A stretch of DNA of 36,821 bases from Octopus bimaculoides (GCF_001194135.2 NC_068992.1:25811595-25848415), one strand, 5' to 3'. Positions 1 to 12,626 are shown, counted from the first letter of the stretch. The notes: generated by a model not told the origin, from the sequence alone. Made by a program: numbers and translations.

Positions 1-617
<617 letters not shown>

Positions 618-645
618 TATTATTATTATTATTATTATTATTATT

Positions 646-722
646 TAGGTCACTGCTTGGAATCGAACTCGGAATCTTGGGGTTAGTAGCCCGCGGTCTT
701 AACCACTACGCCATATGCCCGC
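646..722 (-). mobile_element. tRNA-derived SINE head (tRNA-Thr-like) followed by (AAT)n
   Basis: Minus strand reads GGGCATA-TGGCGTAGTGG (A box)...CTACTAA loop...GAGTTCGATTCC (B box)-AAGCAGTGACCT-AAATAATAAT. T and acceptor stems are mispaired, so it is not a functional tRNA. The Thr(AGT) resemblance is from memory. Confidence 0.75.
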
Positions 723-740
723 AAGCATGTATTGTTATTA

Positions 741-1135
741 CGTGATAAAAAGCTTGTTTCTCAATCACATGGACCCAAAGTCAGTCCCATAGTGTGATTT
801 CTTAGTGTCCGCTACTACATCCGTTTGGTAGAAGGAAACTGAATGACGCCCGCCGTGTGTGTATGTATATGTGTTTGTTTCTGTGTGAGTAAGTGTGTGT
901 ATATGTGTGTACTTTGGGATATGTGTTTATGCCCCCTCCAACCACCTACCGTTTGACAACGGGTGTTCATATTTTACGTTTCCGTAAATTAGCGGTTCGT
1001 TCCAATAAACCGGTAAAAAGTACCAATCTTAAACAAAATATAATTACTGACGTTGATTCACTCGACTAAACTTTCAAGGTGGTACCCCAGCATGGTCGCA
1101 GTCTAATGACTGAAACATCGGAGAGATAAGAGATA
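741..1135 (+). mobile_element. Decayed SINE family C (head remnant, GT-rich spacer, body, tail)
   Basis: Body TTGACAAC...TTAGCGGTTCG...TCGACTAAA...AAGGTGGTACCCCAGCATGGTCGCAGTCTAATGACTGAAAC matches copies at 10915, 22151 and 27325. Confidence 0.8.
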
Positions 1136-1496
1136 CAGTGTTTAACAGATTTATTAAATATTAAGTAAATCTCTCGTGATGTTTGTATTCAATATATTGC
1201 TACAATGATAATCCTAGAATTATTTCTACTATGACTGCAACTCACTCACTGGATAAGTTACAAATAAGAAATAAGTAAAGATACTTGGTGGCTAGAAGCA
1301 TTCTGGAATAAGATTGAAATTACTTGATTCTTCCTGATATTTTTCTAATGTTTCCAAGATGGCTTAAACAGTAAAAGCACCAACAAAAAGCTATTTTGAG
1401 CAAAATGAAAGAAATTTCATAATTTTTGCGGCTTCCTTTCAATTTCAGCATCAATATAATTTTGAGTAAGCGTTACATATAGTCATAGAACAGCAT

Positions 1497-1506
1497 TACA
1501 CACACA

Positions 1507-1576
<70 letters not shown>
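1497..1576. repeat. (CA)n microsatellite running into an assembly gap
   Basis: CA run directly before N-gap 1577-2252. Confidence 0.97.
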
Positions 1577-2739
1577 NNNNNNNNNNNNNNNNNNNNNNNN
1601 NNNNNNNNNNNNNNNNNNNNNNNNNNNNNNNNNNNNNNNNNNNNNNNNNNNNNNNNNNNNNNNNNNNNNNNNNNNNNNNNNNNNNNNNNNNNNNNNNNNN
1701 NNNNNNNNNNNNNNNNNNNNNNNNNNNNNNNNNNNNNNNNNNNNNNNNNNNNNNNNNNNNNNNNNNNNNNNNNNNNNNNNNNNNNNNNNNNNNNNNNNNN
1801 NNNNNNNNNNNNNNNNNNNNNNNNNNNNNNNNNNNNNNNNNNNNNNNNNNNNNNNNNNNNNNNNNNNNNNNNNNNNNNNNNNNNNNNNNNNNNNNNNNNN
1901 NNNNNNNNNNNNNNNNNNNNNNNNNNNNNNNNNNNNNNNNNNNNNNNNNNNNNNNNNNNNNNNNNNNNNNNNNNNNNNNNNNNNNNNNNNNNNNNNNNNN
2001 NNNNNNNNNNNNNNNNNNNNNNNNNNNNNNNNNNNNNNNNNNNNNNNNNNNNNNNNNNNNNNNNNNNNNNNNNNNNNNNNNNNNNNNNNNNNNNNNNNNN
2101 NNNNNNNNNNNNNNNNNNNNNNNNNNNNNNNNNNNNNNNNNNNNNNNNNNNNNNNNNNNNNNNNNNNNNNNNNNNNNNNNNNNNNNNNNNNNNNNNNNNN
2201 NNNNNNNNNNNNNNNNNNNNNNNNNNNNNNNNNNNNNNNNNNNNNNNNNNNNATATATATATATATACATGTATGTGTGTTTAGATATATATGTGTGTGA
2301 TGGGGAGAATGCGCACTAAAGCATTGAAGATGTATTTTTAATCTCATTTCTATTACATTCTGTCTGTTTACTCCTCCAGAATTCCATCTTATTTTATCGA
2401 CCTGTTAGTGTCGTTTCTATTCGTTTTGAAATTCACTTAATTCGTAATCAAATGTTAAATTCACTACGTCGTTTTGTTTTTATTTGAAAAATCATCAACA
2501 ACCGACAGACGCATTATACATACATGGCTTATATTTGTGTTGTTATTGTTAGTGTTGAATATGATCCGGCAGATGTCGTTGTTGTTGTATATGTTGTTGT
2601 AGCTTTCATCGGTAATGGTGTTTAATACTCTTAATGCTGTTGTTGTTGTTGTTAACACAAATTATTATCAATTTTGTTTTTTTCATATCAAAATACTTGA
2701 TGCTGGTGTTTCGTGTTCCTGCACTTCGTAATCTTCATA

Positions 2740-2789
2740 CCATTATCGTCATCAGTCTCATTACCATCATCATCATCGTCATCATCATT

Positions 2790-2827
<38 letters not shown>

Positions 2828-2858
2828 TTATCATCATCATCATCTTAATCATCATCAC

Positions 2859-2892
<34 letters not shown>

Positions 2893-3014
2893 GCCATCCT
2901 CATTATCAACATATTCATCATCATCGTCATCATCATCATCGTCATCATCATCATTATCATCATCAGCAGCAGCATAATCATCATCATCATCATCATTATC
3001 AACATCACCATCAC

Positions 3015-3066
<52 letters not shown>
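2740..3066. repeat. Imperfect (CAT)n microsatellite running into a gap; (AAG)n resumes at 3631-3685
   Basis: Direct reading. It produces the artefactual poly-His/Ile/Ser/Met ORFs. Confidence 0.97.
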
Positions 3067-3685
3067 NNNNNNNNNNNNNNNNNNNNNNNNNNNNNNNNNN
3101 NNNNNNNNNNNNNNNNNNNNNNNNNNNNNNNNNNNNNNNNNNNNNNNNNNNNNNNNNNNNNNNNNNNNNNNNNNNNNNNNNNNNNNNNNNNNNNNNNNNN
3201 NNNNNNNNNNNNNNNNNNNNNNNNNNNNNNNNNNNNNNNNNNNNNNNNNNNNNNNNNNNNNNNNNNNNNNNNNNNNNNNNNNNNNNNNNNNNNNNNNNNN
3301 NNNNNNNNNNNNNNNNNNNNNNNNNNNNNNNNNNNNNNNNNNNNNNNNNNNNNNNNNNNNNNNNNNNNNNNNNNNNNNNNNNNNNNNNNNNNNNNNNNNN
3401 NNNNNNNNNNNNNNNNNNNNNNNNNNNNNNNNNNNNNNNNNNNNNNNNNNNNNNNNNNNNNNNNNNNNNNNNNNNNNNNNNNNNNNNNNNNNNNNNNNNN
3501 NNNNNNNNNNNNNNNNNNNNNNNNNNNNNNNNNNNNNNNNNNNNNNNNNNNNNNNNNNNNNNNNNNNNNNNNNNNNNNNNNNNNNNNNNNNNNNNNNNNN
3601 NNNNNNNNNNNNNNNNNNNNNNNNNNNNNNAAGAAGAAGAAGAAGAAGAAGAAGAAGAAGAAGAAGAAGAAGAAGAAGAAGAAGA

Positions 3686-3902
3686 ATCCTTTCTAATGTA
3701 AGGAGTAAGGAAAAGGCCTGAAATTTCGGGGGAAGTGAGTTAATCGATTACATCGACCCCAGTGTTAAACTGGTACTTAATTTACCGAACCCGAAAGGAT
3801 GAAAGGCAAAGTCGACCTGGGCGGAATTTGAACTCAGAACGTAGAGACGGGTGAAATACCGCTAAGCATTTCGTCTAGCGTTATAACGATTCTCAGCTCA
3901 CC

Positions 3903-3905
<3 letters not shown>
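3686..3905 (-). mobile_element. SINE family A monomer
   Basis: Plus strand ...CGAAAGGATGAAAGGCAAAGTCGACC..GGCGGAATTTGAACTCAGAACGT...TACCGCTAAGCATTTCG...CCTTA. The minus strand has the B-box-like GAGTTCAAATTCC. Homologous to the 7828 and 9944 copies. Confidence 0.88.
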
Positions 3906-3958
<53 letters not shown>

Positions 3959-4563
3959 TATGCTACTTGTCCGAAACCACTACAAGCTGTGGCGACACGA
4001 TTAGGTAGCTACATTGGGAATGGAGCGAAAAGTGGGGCCTAGAGAGTAGCAAGACGTGATATGAGCACAAACCACGGAGATGCAGAGTCGGAAACCAGCA
4101 AATCCTCATGGATTTCTCAATCCAAACAGATCACGTGCTAGTGCATAACAGACCGGTCCTAGTGATGTTGGACAAGATGCACCATATATGCTATACAATT
4201 GATGTTGCGTTCCCCTTTGACCCATGAATACTCAAGAAGGGGAATAGATAGAGAGATAGATACAACCCTGTTAAGTACGAAATAGCTCGGCTATGGAAAA
4301 TGAAGAATGTGAAGATAGTGCCAATTATTGTTGGGTCCTTGGGGACAGTATCAGAAGACATCAAGAGGAATATAAAGGTAATTGGAATAGAGTGCCCTGT
4401 ACAACTGTTACAAAATGTTTGCCTCTTTGGCACGGCCAGAATAATCAAGAAAGTATTAGATAGCTTAAAAGAACGGATAGCATGGTACCGTAGGCTGAAG
4501 GTAGTAAACCCGCTACTCACGCAAGACTCCAGGAGCTCCAACAAAACCTGTCATAAAGAGAAC
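3959..4563 (+). mobile_element. 5'-truncated, decayed RLE-type non-LTR retrotransposon (R4/Dong-like, second subfamily) between (TAA)n tracts
   Basis: Frameshifted translation gives HYKLWRHD*VA..HWEWSEKWGL...YEHKP...ILMDFSIQTDHVLVHNRP...IDVAFPFD...KYEIARLWKMKNVKIVPIIVGSLG...LLQNVCLFGTARIIKKVLD (ORF 4300 onward). Flanked by (TAA)n 3904-3958 and ~4565-4637. Confidence 0.9.
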
Positions 4564-4564
4564 A

Positions 4565-4579
4565 TAATGATAATAATAA

Positions 4580-4639
<60 letters not shown>

Positions 4640-4708
4640 CAAAGCGAATTATGATGATGATTGTANNNNNNNNNNTTATTATTATTATTATTATTATTAT
4701 CATCATCA

Positions 4709-4739
<31 letters not shown>

Positions 4740-4789
4740 CATCATCATCATCATTATTATTATTATTATTATTATTATCATCATCATCA

Positions 4790-4826
<37 letters not shown>

Positions 4827-4973
4827 CATCATCATCATTATTATTATTAGTTGACGTAGAAGTAGTAGTAGTATCATCATCGCGTTCATTATCTTCCTTG
4901 TCGTTGTTACTATTTATCAGAAAACACCTGTGTTTTACTGATTAATCATTAATATTATTTACATCCTGCAGTG

Positions 4974-5014
<41 letters not shown>

Positions 5015-5113
5015 TCCAGTGGTAATACCACCACCTCCAGCTGTAGCAGTAGAAGTAGTAGCAGCAATACCATCATCATTACCATCATTAGCAGCAGCAG
5101 CAGCAGCAGCATC

Positions 5114-5156
<43 letters not shown>

Positions 5157-5244
5157 ATTTTTACGTTATTTTTGCTTTTATTATCATCATCATCTTCGTC
5201 ATTATCGCCACCATCATCATCATAATCATGATCGTCATCATCAT

Positions 5245-5295
<51 letters not shown>

Positions 5296-5381
5296 AATCA
5301 TGATCGTCACCATCATAATCATCATCATCATCATCATTATCATCATCATCATTATTATTATTATTGTTATTATTATTATTA

Positions 5382-5427
<46 letters not shown>

Positions 5428-5435
5428 TATTACTA

Positions 5436-5466
<31 letters not shown>

Positions 5467-5540
5467 TTTTATTACTATTATTATTATTATTACTATTATT
5501 ATTACTATTATTATTATTATTATTACTATTATTATTATTA

Positions 5541-5612
<72 letters not shown>
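4565..5612. repeat. Compound trinucleotide microsatellite field: (TAA)n, (ATT)n/(ATC)n, (TAG)n/(CAG)n, (CAT)n, (TAT)n/(TAC)
   Basis: Direct reading; source of the poly-I/L/V/M ORFs. Confidence 0.96.
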
Positions 5613-5613
<1 letters not shown>

Positions 5614-7030
5614 TGTAAGAAGTGGAACACGAAGGAATATATAATGTAGTTCAAGAAAGTATTTCACCTTCACATTTTCCTTGGTAACTGAGGGCCAAGT
5701 AATCTAAAGAAAATAAATGCCATTTAAAATTGATTGGATTGGAGAATTGATTCCTGATACTGGTATCGATGGACACGGATTATAGCTGCTTTTGGAAATT
5801 AATTTAAGGCATGAAGTGAAAAGAATAGGAGATAGCATAGCAAAAAGGAGTGGAAGCGAACATGGGAGAAAATATAATGAACATTAAAGGAAACGAAAAC
5901 TCAAAAACTGGAATTAAAGAAAATGGTGTAATAAAAGATGGAATGAATCTGAAGAAAGGTGAAATCAAGGGAAATAAATAAAATGCGAAAATTAAAATGA
6001 AAACAAAAATCAAAAAATCTAAAATGAAAGAACGAATGAAGCAGGGAATAGAGGATATAAAGAGAGAAGCAAAAGTACTAAATAAAGATGGAAAGAATAG
6101 AAGTGAAACAATTTAATGTAAAAAATATGTAAGAATTAGTTGAGTTAAAATAAGGCAGAAAAGAACCGTTGCAGGAATAAGACGACTGAAGTGGAAAAGA
6201 AAATTGAGAGGAAAGAAAGTCGAATAGAGAAAGACGAAAAATTGTTCAATTGAAAGCAAGAAAAACAAAAATTATATAAGAGACAAAAAACATGTGAATA
6301 GGAATATATTGCATGCTTGAATTCAGTTTATGTTACGTGCGCAAAGATTTATTTTGATTGGGAAAAAGAAGTCATGGAGATGTTTTAAAGGAAACAGAAA
6401 ATAAGGTTAAAGAAAATGTAGGTGAATAAAAAAAAAATAATGAAGAGTGAAATGTTGATTTCAGTTCTGGGGATATATTAAGTTTAAATTTTATGGGTTT
6501 CCTTCTTTCACACTCTCCTATCAAAAAATCAATATTAATATCCGTCAGGTAATCTTGGCTTTCTCTCATTATATTGATATATTGATATAATATGGCACGA
6601 CTTACAACAGCCCACCACACAGTATTTCAATGGATATTTCACTGAGCTTAATTTTTACCCATCAATTGTAATATATAATGTAAGAACGATAATTTCAATT
6701 ATCGGTGATAGGTATATTATTCTCTATGAAATTCTATTTGCGTACACCAATCAGAATATAACGTTGTATAGTTAATGTTTCGTACTCATGTTACGGCAGC
6801 AAACGCTGAAAGGACATTGTTTGATAATAACGTACGAGTACAGCCGAAACTTGCCCGTCTCTGTCTCCTAAACTTGATGGACATATAGTAACAAGAATGG
6901 AAACATTTAATTACCGAATATCAAAATGCGGCTGTGTGACCCTCGTTGATTTGAGGTCATCTGCAGCTACAGAACAATAATAGCAATAAAACCACGAGAG
7001 AAGCACGAATAACGCCGAAACATCATTGAA

Positions 7031-7631
7031 TACACACACAGACACACGCGCGCGCGCGCGCGCACACATATCGATGTGTCTAGTTAGAAAGCCACCAATA
7101 GCTAAGTACATCTCGTACTGACAAAAACATCCACAGTCACACATTAACACACACACATATGCACTTAAACACATACACACATACATACACATACACACAC
7201 ACATACACACAAAGACACGCATTGTTTTTTTTTACCGAAACTTTGTTCATATTTCACATGTATATATTCACATATACATGTGAACCACAAGTACGTGAAA
7301 CTTAAACAATATCTACACATAATAGTGTTTCGGTACATGTGGTGTTATGGAACTATCCCAAAACATGCAAATATATTCATAAGATAAGTTTCTAATTAAT
7401 TAACGACAAAGAAGCAATTTCAAGAATTATTTTTAGCTCAAAATAACTCACCACCTACTAAAATTTCACATATAACACAGAAAGAATAAGGAAAATATTC
7501 CTCATGGGAAAATGAATCAGATGCCACTCTCTTTCTCCATCTTTCTCACTCACTCACTCACTCACTCTCACTCTCATTCTCTCTCTCCATCTCCCTCTCC
7601 CTCTCTCTCTCGCTCCCTCTCTCCCTGTATT

Positions 7632-7668
<37 letters not shown>

Positions 7669-7790
7669 TTATATATGTACATATATATATATATATATAT
7701 AAATCCCCAAAATTGAAGACGGACAAATAGACGATACAAACACGGACATACATATATATATATATGGGGGGGGGGGTGTATAGAGAGAGA
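7031..7790. repeat. Dinucleotide microsatellite cluster: CA, CG, CT, TA, GA
   Basis: (CG)8 at 7047-7062, CA-rich 7140-7210, CT-rich 7530-7625, TA 7635-7700. Confidence 0.92.
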
Positions 7791-7827
7791 GATAGAGTGT
7801 GTTACAAGTGGTGTACAAATATTGAAT

Positions 7828-8044
7828 ATTCTTTTCTACTCTAGGCACAAGGCCCGAAATTTTGGGGAGGGGACCAGTCGATTAGATTGACCTCAGTACG
7901 CAACTGGTATTTAATTTATCAATCCCGACAGGATGAAAGGCAAAGCCAACCTCGGCGGAATTTGAACTCAAAACGTAAAGACAGACGAAATATCGCTAAG
8001 CATTTCGCCCGGCGTGCTAACGTTTCTGCCAGCTCGCCGCCCTA
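7828..8044 (-). mobile_element. SINE family A monomer, well preserved
   Basis: Minus strand: GGCGGCGAGCTGGCAGAAACGTTAG (A-box-like), GAGTTCAAATTCC (B-box-like), 3' end GCCTAGAGTAGAAAAGAAT. Confidence 0.92.
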
Positions 8045-8496
8045 GTAATAATACATACTATACATACAATTATGCGTGAGAGTTTGCGCGCACCCATTTT
8101 AGATTCTGAGGTCATACTAATAAAACTGAAACTGTGAAACGGCTGTAATTCTAAGGATATGCAGTAGATACATAAACAGAAAAACCTCACAGCTTTCTGA
8201 CTTTTTTGGTGTATATGCATATACACATATATACATAAGAATTGTGTCGGACGTGCTAACGATTCTGCCAGCTTTCCGGCTTACATATATTGAATATTGA
8301 GAAAAAAGAATGTCAACAGAATCTTGGAAGAAGAATTTTCTTTCATTTAGTCCTTATTATTTGCGCTTTCGTTCGTTTTTCGAACTTGTTTAATAAAGTT
8401 TCTTTTTTTTTTTTGCTCTGTTTAGAGGAACAGAACAGTGATTTTTTTTTTTGTTTTTTATTTACTTTTTGTGGGGTGATGTTCCAGGACAATGGA

Positions 8497-8526
8497 TATA
8501 GATAGATAGATAGATAGATAGATAGG

Positions 8527-8565
<39 letters not shown>

Positions 8566-8567
8566 GT
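8497..8567. repeat. (GATA)n microsatellite
   Basis: Direct reading. Confidence 0.97.
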
Positions 8568-9116
8568 ATATATATATTTGTGTACAAACATTCTAACCCC
8601 TACACAGCGACTCAATTTATTCTTCAGAAACTTCTATAAATCAGTTTTTGATCAAAGCGTGATCTTCCACAATAATGTCTGAAAACGTGTATGTGTAAAG
8701 AAAATTTTAATTCATTGACAACACAAAACACGCAGAAGCAGTAATAGAAATTCTTGTGACTCGCAACTTACCTTCAGCTAAAACGCAAAGTCAAATTTGA
8801 CAAAAAAATTTCCACTTCATCCTAAATCGTACGCTAATTCCGAAACACATCTAAACCGACCCTAGATTCAACTATACTTTGACGCGTTAAAAGAGATAAG
8901 TTAATATCAGCTCTTAAGAAAATAAAAAAAATCACAAATTTACCAAGGTACAGCATAATAAAATGCACTTTAATAGAAAATTGGTAGGAGACGAAATAAT
9001 AGACGAGATTAGTGCATAACAAGAGGACATACAGTGTTAATTGATATCGGAGGGACTAGTAAGTCGATCAAAGTCTCTTATTGCGAGATATTTTCGTTCT
9101 GCAATGTAAACTAAAG

Positions 9117-9304
9117 AAATACTTGTGTATATGTGTCCCTGGAAGCAGAAAAATTATAATTAACATCAATTTGTTATTGCAAACCGAGCCATGTCTGCTG
9201 TGCACTATAGAAATACTTGTGGATATGTGTCCCTGGAAGCAGAAAAATTATAATTAATATCAAATCGTTATTGCAGACCGAGCCATGTCTGCTGTGCACT
9301 ATAG
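9117..9304. repeat. 94-bp tandem duplication (two units)
   Basis: 9117-9210 and 9211-9304 (AAATACTTGTG...GTGCACTATAG) differ at 5 positions by my count. Confidence 0.95.
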
Positions 9305-9727
9305 AGAACAGTCATAATAACATGACACATGCCTGAGGGACTGAATTACCTTGCAAACAGCTCCATAATTTATATTCATTCTTATATTTATATTTATTTA
9401 TGTTGTGTGAATGGTTTAATGGATAAACAAGTAACAAGATAATTACAATAAAAAGACACTCTGAAATTGCAGCTTTAGCAGAATGTCAATTCATAAAGAA
9501 TAATAACTACCAAGTGTTTAAGTATTTGAACCGCTATTAAAATACTCCTCATAAAAATACAGACAAACAATACACACTGAAAAATCCCCAAATACTGCTC
9601 TCAGAGAAAATCACAACAGAATGAAATGGTGAGCAAATTGTAAAATTGAATATATAATAGAAATCGACCGATAAAAACAAAACTGCCGTATGTCCAGTAA
9701 ATGGTTAAAAAGAATATTAATAATATT

Positions 9728-9897
9728 TTCTGCTGTATGCACGAGGCCCGAAGTTTTGGGGGAGGGGTCAGTCGATTCGATTGACCCCAGTACGCAACTG
9801 GTACTTAATTTATCGACTCCGAAAGGATGAAAAGCGAAGTTGACACCGCCGGAATTTGAACTCAGGACGCAAATCAGTCGAAATACCGCTAAGCATT
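9728..9897 (-). mobile_element. SINE family A copy, head lost in an N-gap
   Basis: GCACGAGGCCCGAAGTTTTGGGG...GGAATTTGAACTCAGG...AAATACCGCTAAGCATT, then N. Confidence 0.9.
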
Positions 9898-9943
9898 NNN
9901 NNNNNNNNNNNNNNNNNNNNNNNNNNNNAATAATAAACGACCA

Positions 9944-10377
9944 AAGGTGGTGAGCTGGCGGAAACGTTAGCACGCCGGGCGAAATACTTAGCGGTATTTT
10001 GTCTGCCTTTACGTTCTGAGTTCAAATTCCGCCGGGGTCGACTTTGCCTTTCATCCTTTCGGGGTCGATAAATTAAGTACCAGTCACAAACCGCTGTCTA
10101 TGTAAACGAATTAATCCCTTTGTCTGTCCTTGTTTGTCCCCTCTATGTTTATCCCCCTGTGGGCAATAAAGAAATAAGAAACGTTAGCACGCCGGGCGAA
10201 ATGCTTAGCGGTATTTCGTACGTCTTTACGTTCTTAGTTCAAATTCCGCCGAGGTCGACTTTGCTTTTCATCCTTTCAGAGTCGATAAATTAAGTACCAG
10301 TTGCGTACTAATGTCGATCTAATCGGCTACCCGCTTCCCCCCAAATCTCGGGCTTTGTGCCTAGAGTAGAAAAGAAT
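9944..10377 (+). mobile_element. Dimeric SINE family A (unit 1 9944-10178, unit 2 10179-10377)
   Basis: Two tandem A units. Unit 1 has a distinct tail (...GTGGGCAATAAAGAAATAAG). Unit 2 starts at AAACGTTAGCACGCCGGGCG and ends AGAGTAGAAAAGAAT. Confidence 0.92.
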
Positions 10378-10914
10378 AATACCCAATTAGAGCAGTTTTT
10401 AACATCAAGCCAATGAAAACGTCATCACAGGAAGGGGCTCGAATGATTATGAAATGAGTTTGAAATATCAGAAGACGGTCAACAAAAAATTTCGAAACAT
10501 TTTCATTTCGAAAATATGAAATATTCCACACGAGTAATCAAAACGATGTGCAATCACATATACGTGTGTGCATGTTTGTATTTGTATGTGTTGATGGTAA
10601 TACGCATCGTGTAAATAAATTAAATACATATATATTATATATATGTATGTGATGTCATATATATGTATATACATACATATAAATGGTTAAATATATACGT
10701 ATGCATGTGTTCATACATCAATGTATGCATTTATTTATGCACATATACTGCCTCTGAGCAATTCGTCCCCGATATAGACATCAGAGTATCAACAGATTTC
10801 ATTCGATTACACACATACCCACATACACACACTCACACGTAAATATATATGCATATATATAGAAGTGTATATTCATGTATATATATATATGTACATATAT
10901 ATATATATGAATAT

Positions 10915-11138
10915 GTTTCTGTGTCTGTGTATGTACCCCTGCCAATATCAAGAGAAAACCGATGTTGCTGTGTTTACGTCCCCGTAAACTACCAGTTCGG
11001 CAAGAGAGCCCGATAGAAAAAGTACTAGGCTTACAGAGAATAAGTTTTGGGGTCAGTTTGTCCAACTAAAGGCGGTGCTCCAGCATGGCCGCATTTTAAT
11101 GACTGAAACAAGCAAAAGAATAAAGGAATAAGAGAATA
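10915..11138 (+). mobile_element. SINE family C body and tail
   Basis: AACCGATGTTGCTGTGTTTACGTCCC...AAGGCGGTGCTCCAGCATGGCCGC...GACTGAAACAAGCAAAAGAATA. Confidence 0.88.
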
Positions 11139-11372
11139 GATAGATAGATACATAATACATACATACATGCATGCATGCATACATACATACATACATGCAT
11201 ACATACATACATATATACATTCATACAGAGACAGATACGAATAGACGGAGACATGCATACATACATACACACATACATACATACATACATACATACATAC
11301 ATAGACAGATATAGATAGATAAATACATACATAAAAACATACGTTCATACATACATAGAAGGAGATAGATAG

Positions 11373-11421
<49 letters not shown>
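11139..11421. repeat. (ATAC)n/(GATA)n compound microsatellite
   Basis: Direct reading. Confidence 0.95.
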
Positions 11422-11423
<2 letters not shown>

Positions 11424-12171
11424 TTGTTTGAGATTTTGTTCTTGGATTCTTCTGGTTTTGGGGATTATTTGTGTTTTCTTTTTAGTGTGCATTCTGTCAT
11501 GTTCTACCATACTCTTACAGGTTCTTACTACATTTTCTGCTTTATTTTAATGTACTTGTCAAAACGAGAGCTGTACACACATTTGAACGTAAAGCCTAGA
11601 GAAGTTTATATATATCAAATATACGAAAACAAAACGTAATTAAAACTACATTTTATTTAGAGTTATATATTTATTTAAAACTATGTGTAGAACAAAAAGT
11701 CACCTAAAACTTAAGTTAAATAGAGAAATCAATGAATTAATAAACTTTCACACAAAACTCAATTGTTCTCAGGATTTTTTTTCCTGTATAATCGTAACTT
11801 TCAGCCGCATTTTTAAGATTTTTTTTTTTTTTTTAGTTCATTTTCTCGTTTGCTTGCATTCTCCTCTCTTGTTAATCTTTTTTTTTTTTTTTTCAATTTG
11901 TCTCTTGCAAATATTTCTCCAGGTTTTTAACACATCAATAAGATTTCAAATGCTTGGATGACCAGTGTTCGCTGTACCGATTCTTTGTATTGCATAGTAG
12001 AGTGCTTCTGAGCTATTTATAGAATGAGATATCTCTCTTATAAATCGGATGTAACCATGCCAAGTAACTAACGGAAAAGGAGTTTTAAACCACCATCTAC
12101 CTACCACAGCGACTTCCCCTAAATGGCCCTTTATAATTAATGTTAAATTAAGTCATAACTGACTGCAGAAT

Positions 12172-12211
<40 letters not shown>

Positions 12212-12626
12212 ACATCATCATCATAAAAAGCTGCCCATATTTCATGAAGACTACTTAAATAGTTGTAGGAACACAACTGTAATTACACAAGGTATTTTCG
12301 TATTTTCTATATTTCAAGCCTTCTTCCAAATATTTATTCCCATTTTACCCTTAAGGGATTAAACAACCCGGCATATTTGTGCTGAGAAACGATTTAGAAA
12401 TTTCTTATTCGAAGTCTATGATTATACTTTCTCCCAGCTCATTTAGCAATAATATTTTTAGTTTGCCAAATGATTATATGGAATGTTGTGTGTACAAGAG
12501 GTACGTGTAGATAAAAAAGATAACAATTGGATTATCACATGGATATTATTTCTTTGAGATAATATTCAAAATGTTTCAACTTCATTGTTTACACATTTAT
12601 CAAATCAGTATACAAAAGCATCTTAT

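Noticed and set aside
646-722. Functional tRNA gene (apparent ACT anticodon loop)
   Set aside because: T-stem and acceptor stem do not pair and the sequence runs into (AAT)n; better explained as a SINE head.
1473-3701. Long ORFs of 265-355 aa (poly-His, poly-Ile, poly-X)
   Set aside because: Made of microsatellites and N-gaps; no coding signal.
5804-6300. Purine-rich stretch that looks Lys/Glu-coding
   Set aside because: Stops in the plus frames I checked; low-complexity A/G-rich DNA.
6372-6620. 82-aa minus ORF (ESQDYLTDINIDFLIGECERRK) or a plus-strand micro-exon ending CAG|GTAATC
   Set aside because: No recognisable domain, weak acceptor, no partner exons.
6820-6865. Possible decayed hammerhead (TGATAA...GTACGAGTAC...GCCGAAAC)
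   Set aside because: Core is not CUGAnGA, and there is no stem I or valid stem II closure.
9117-9304. CRISPR-like array
   Set aside because: Eukaryotic context; two contiguous units with no spacers.
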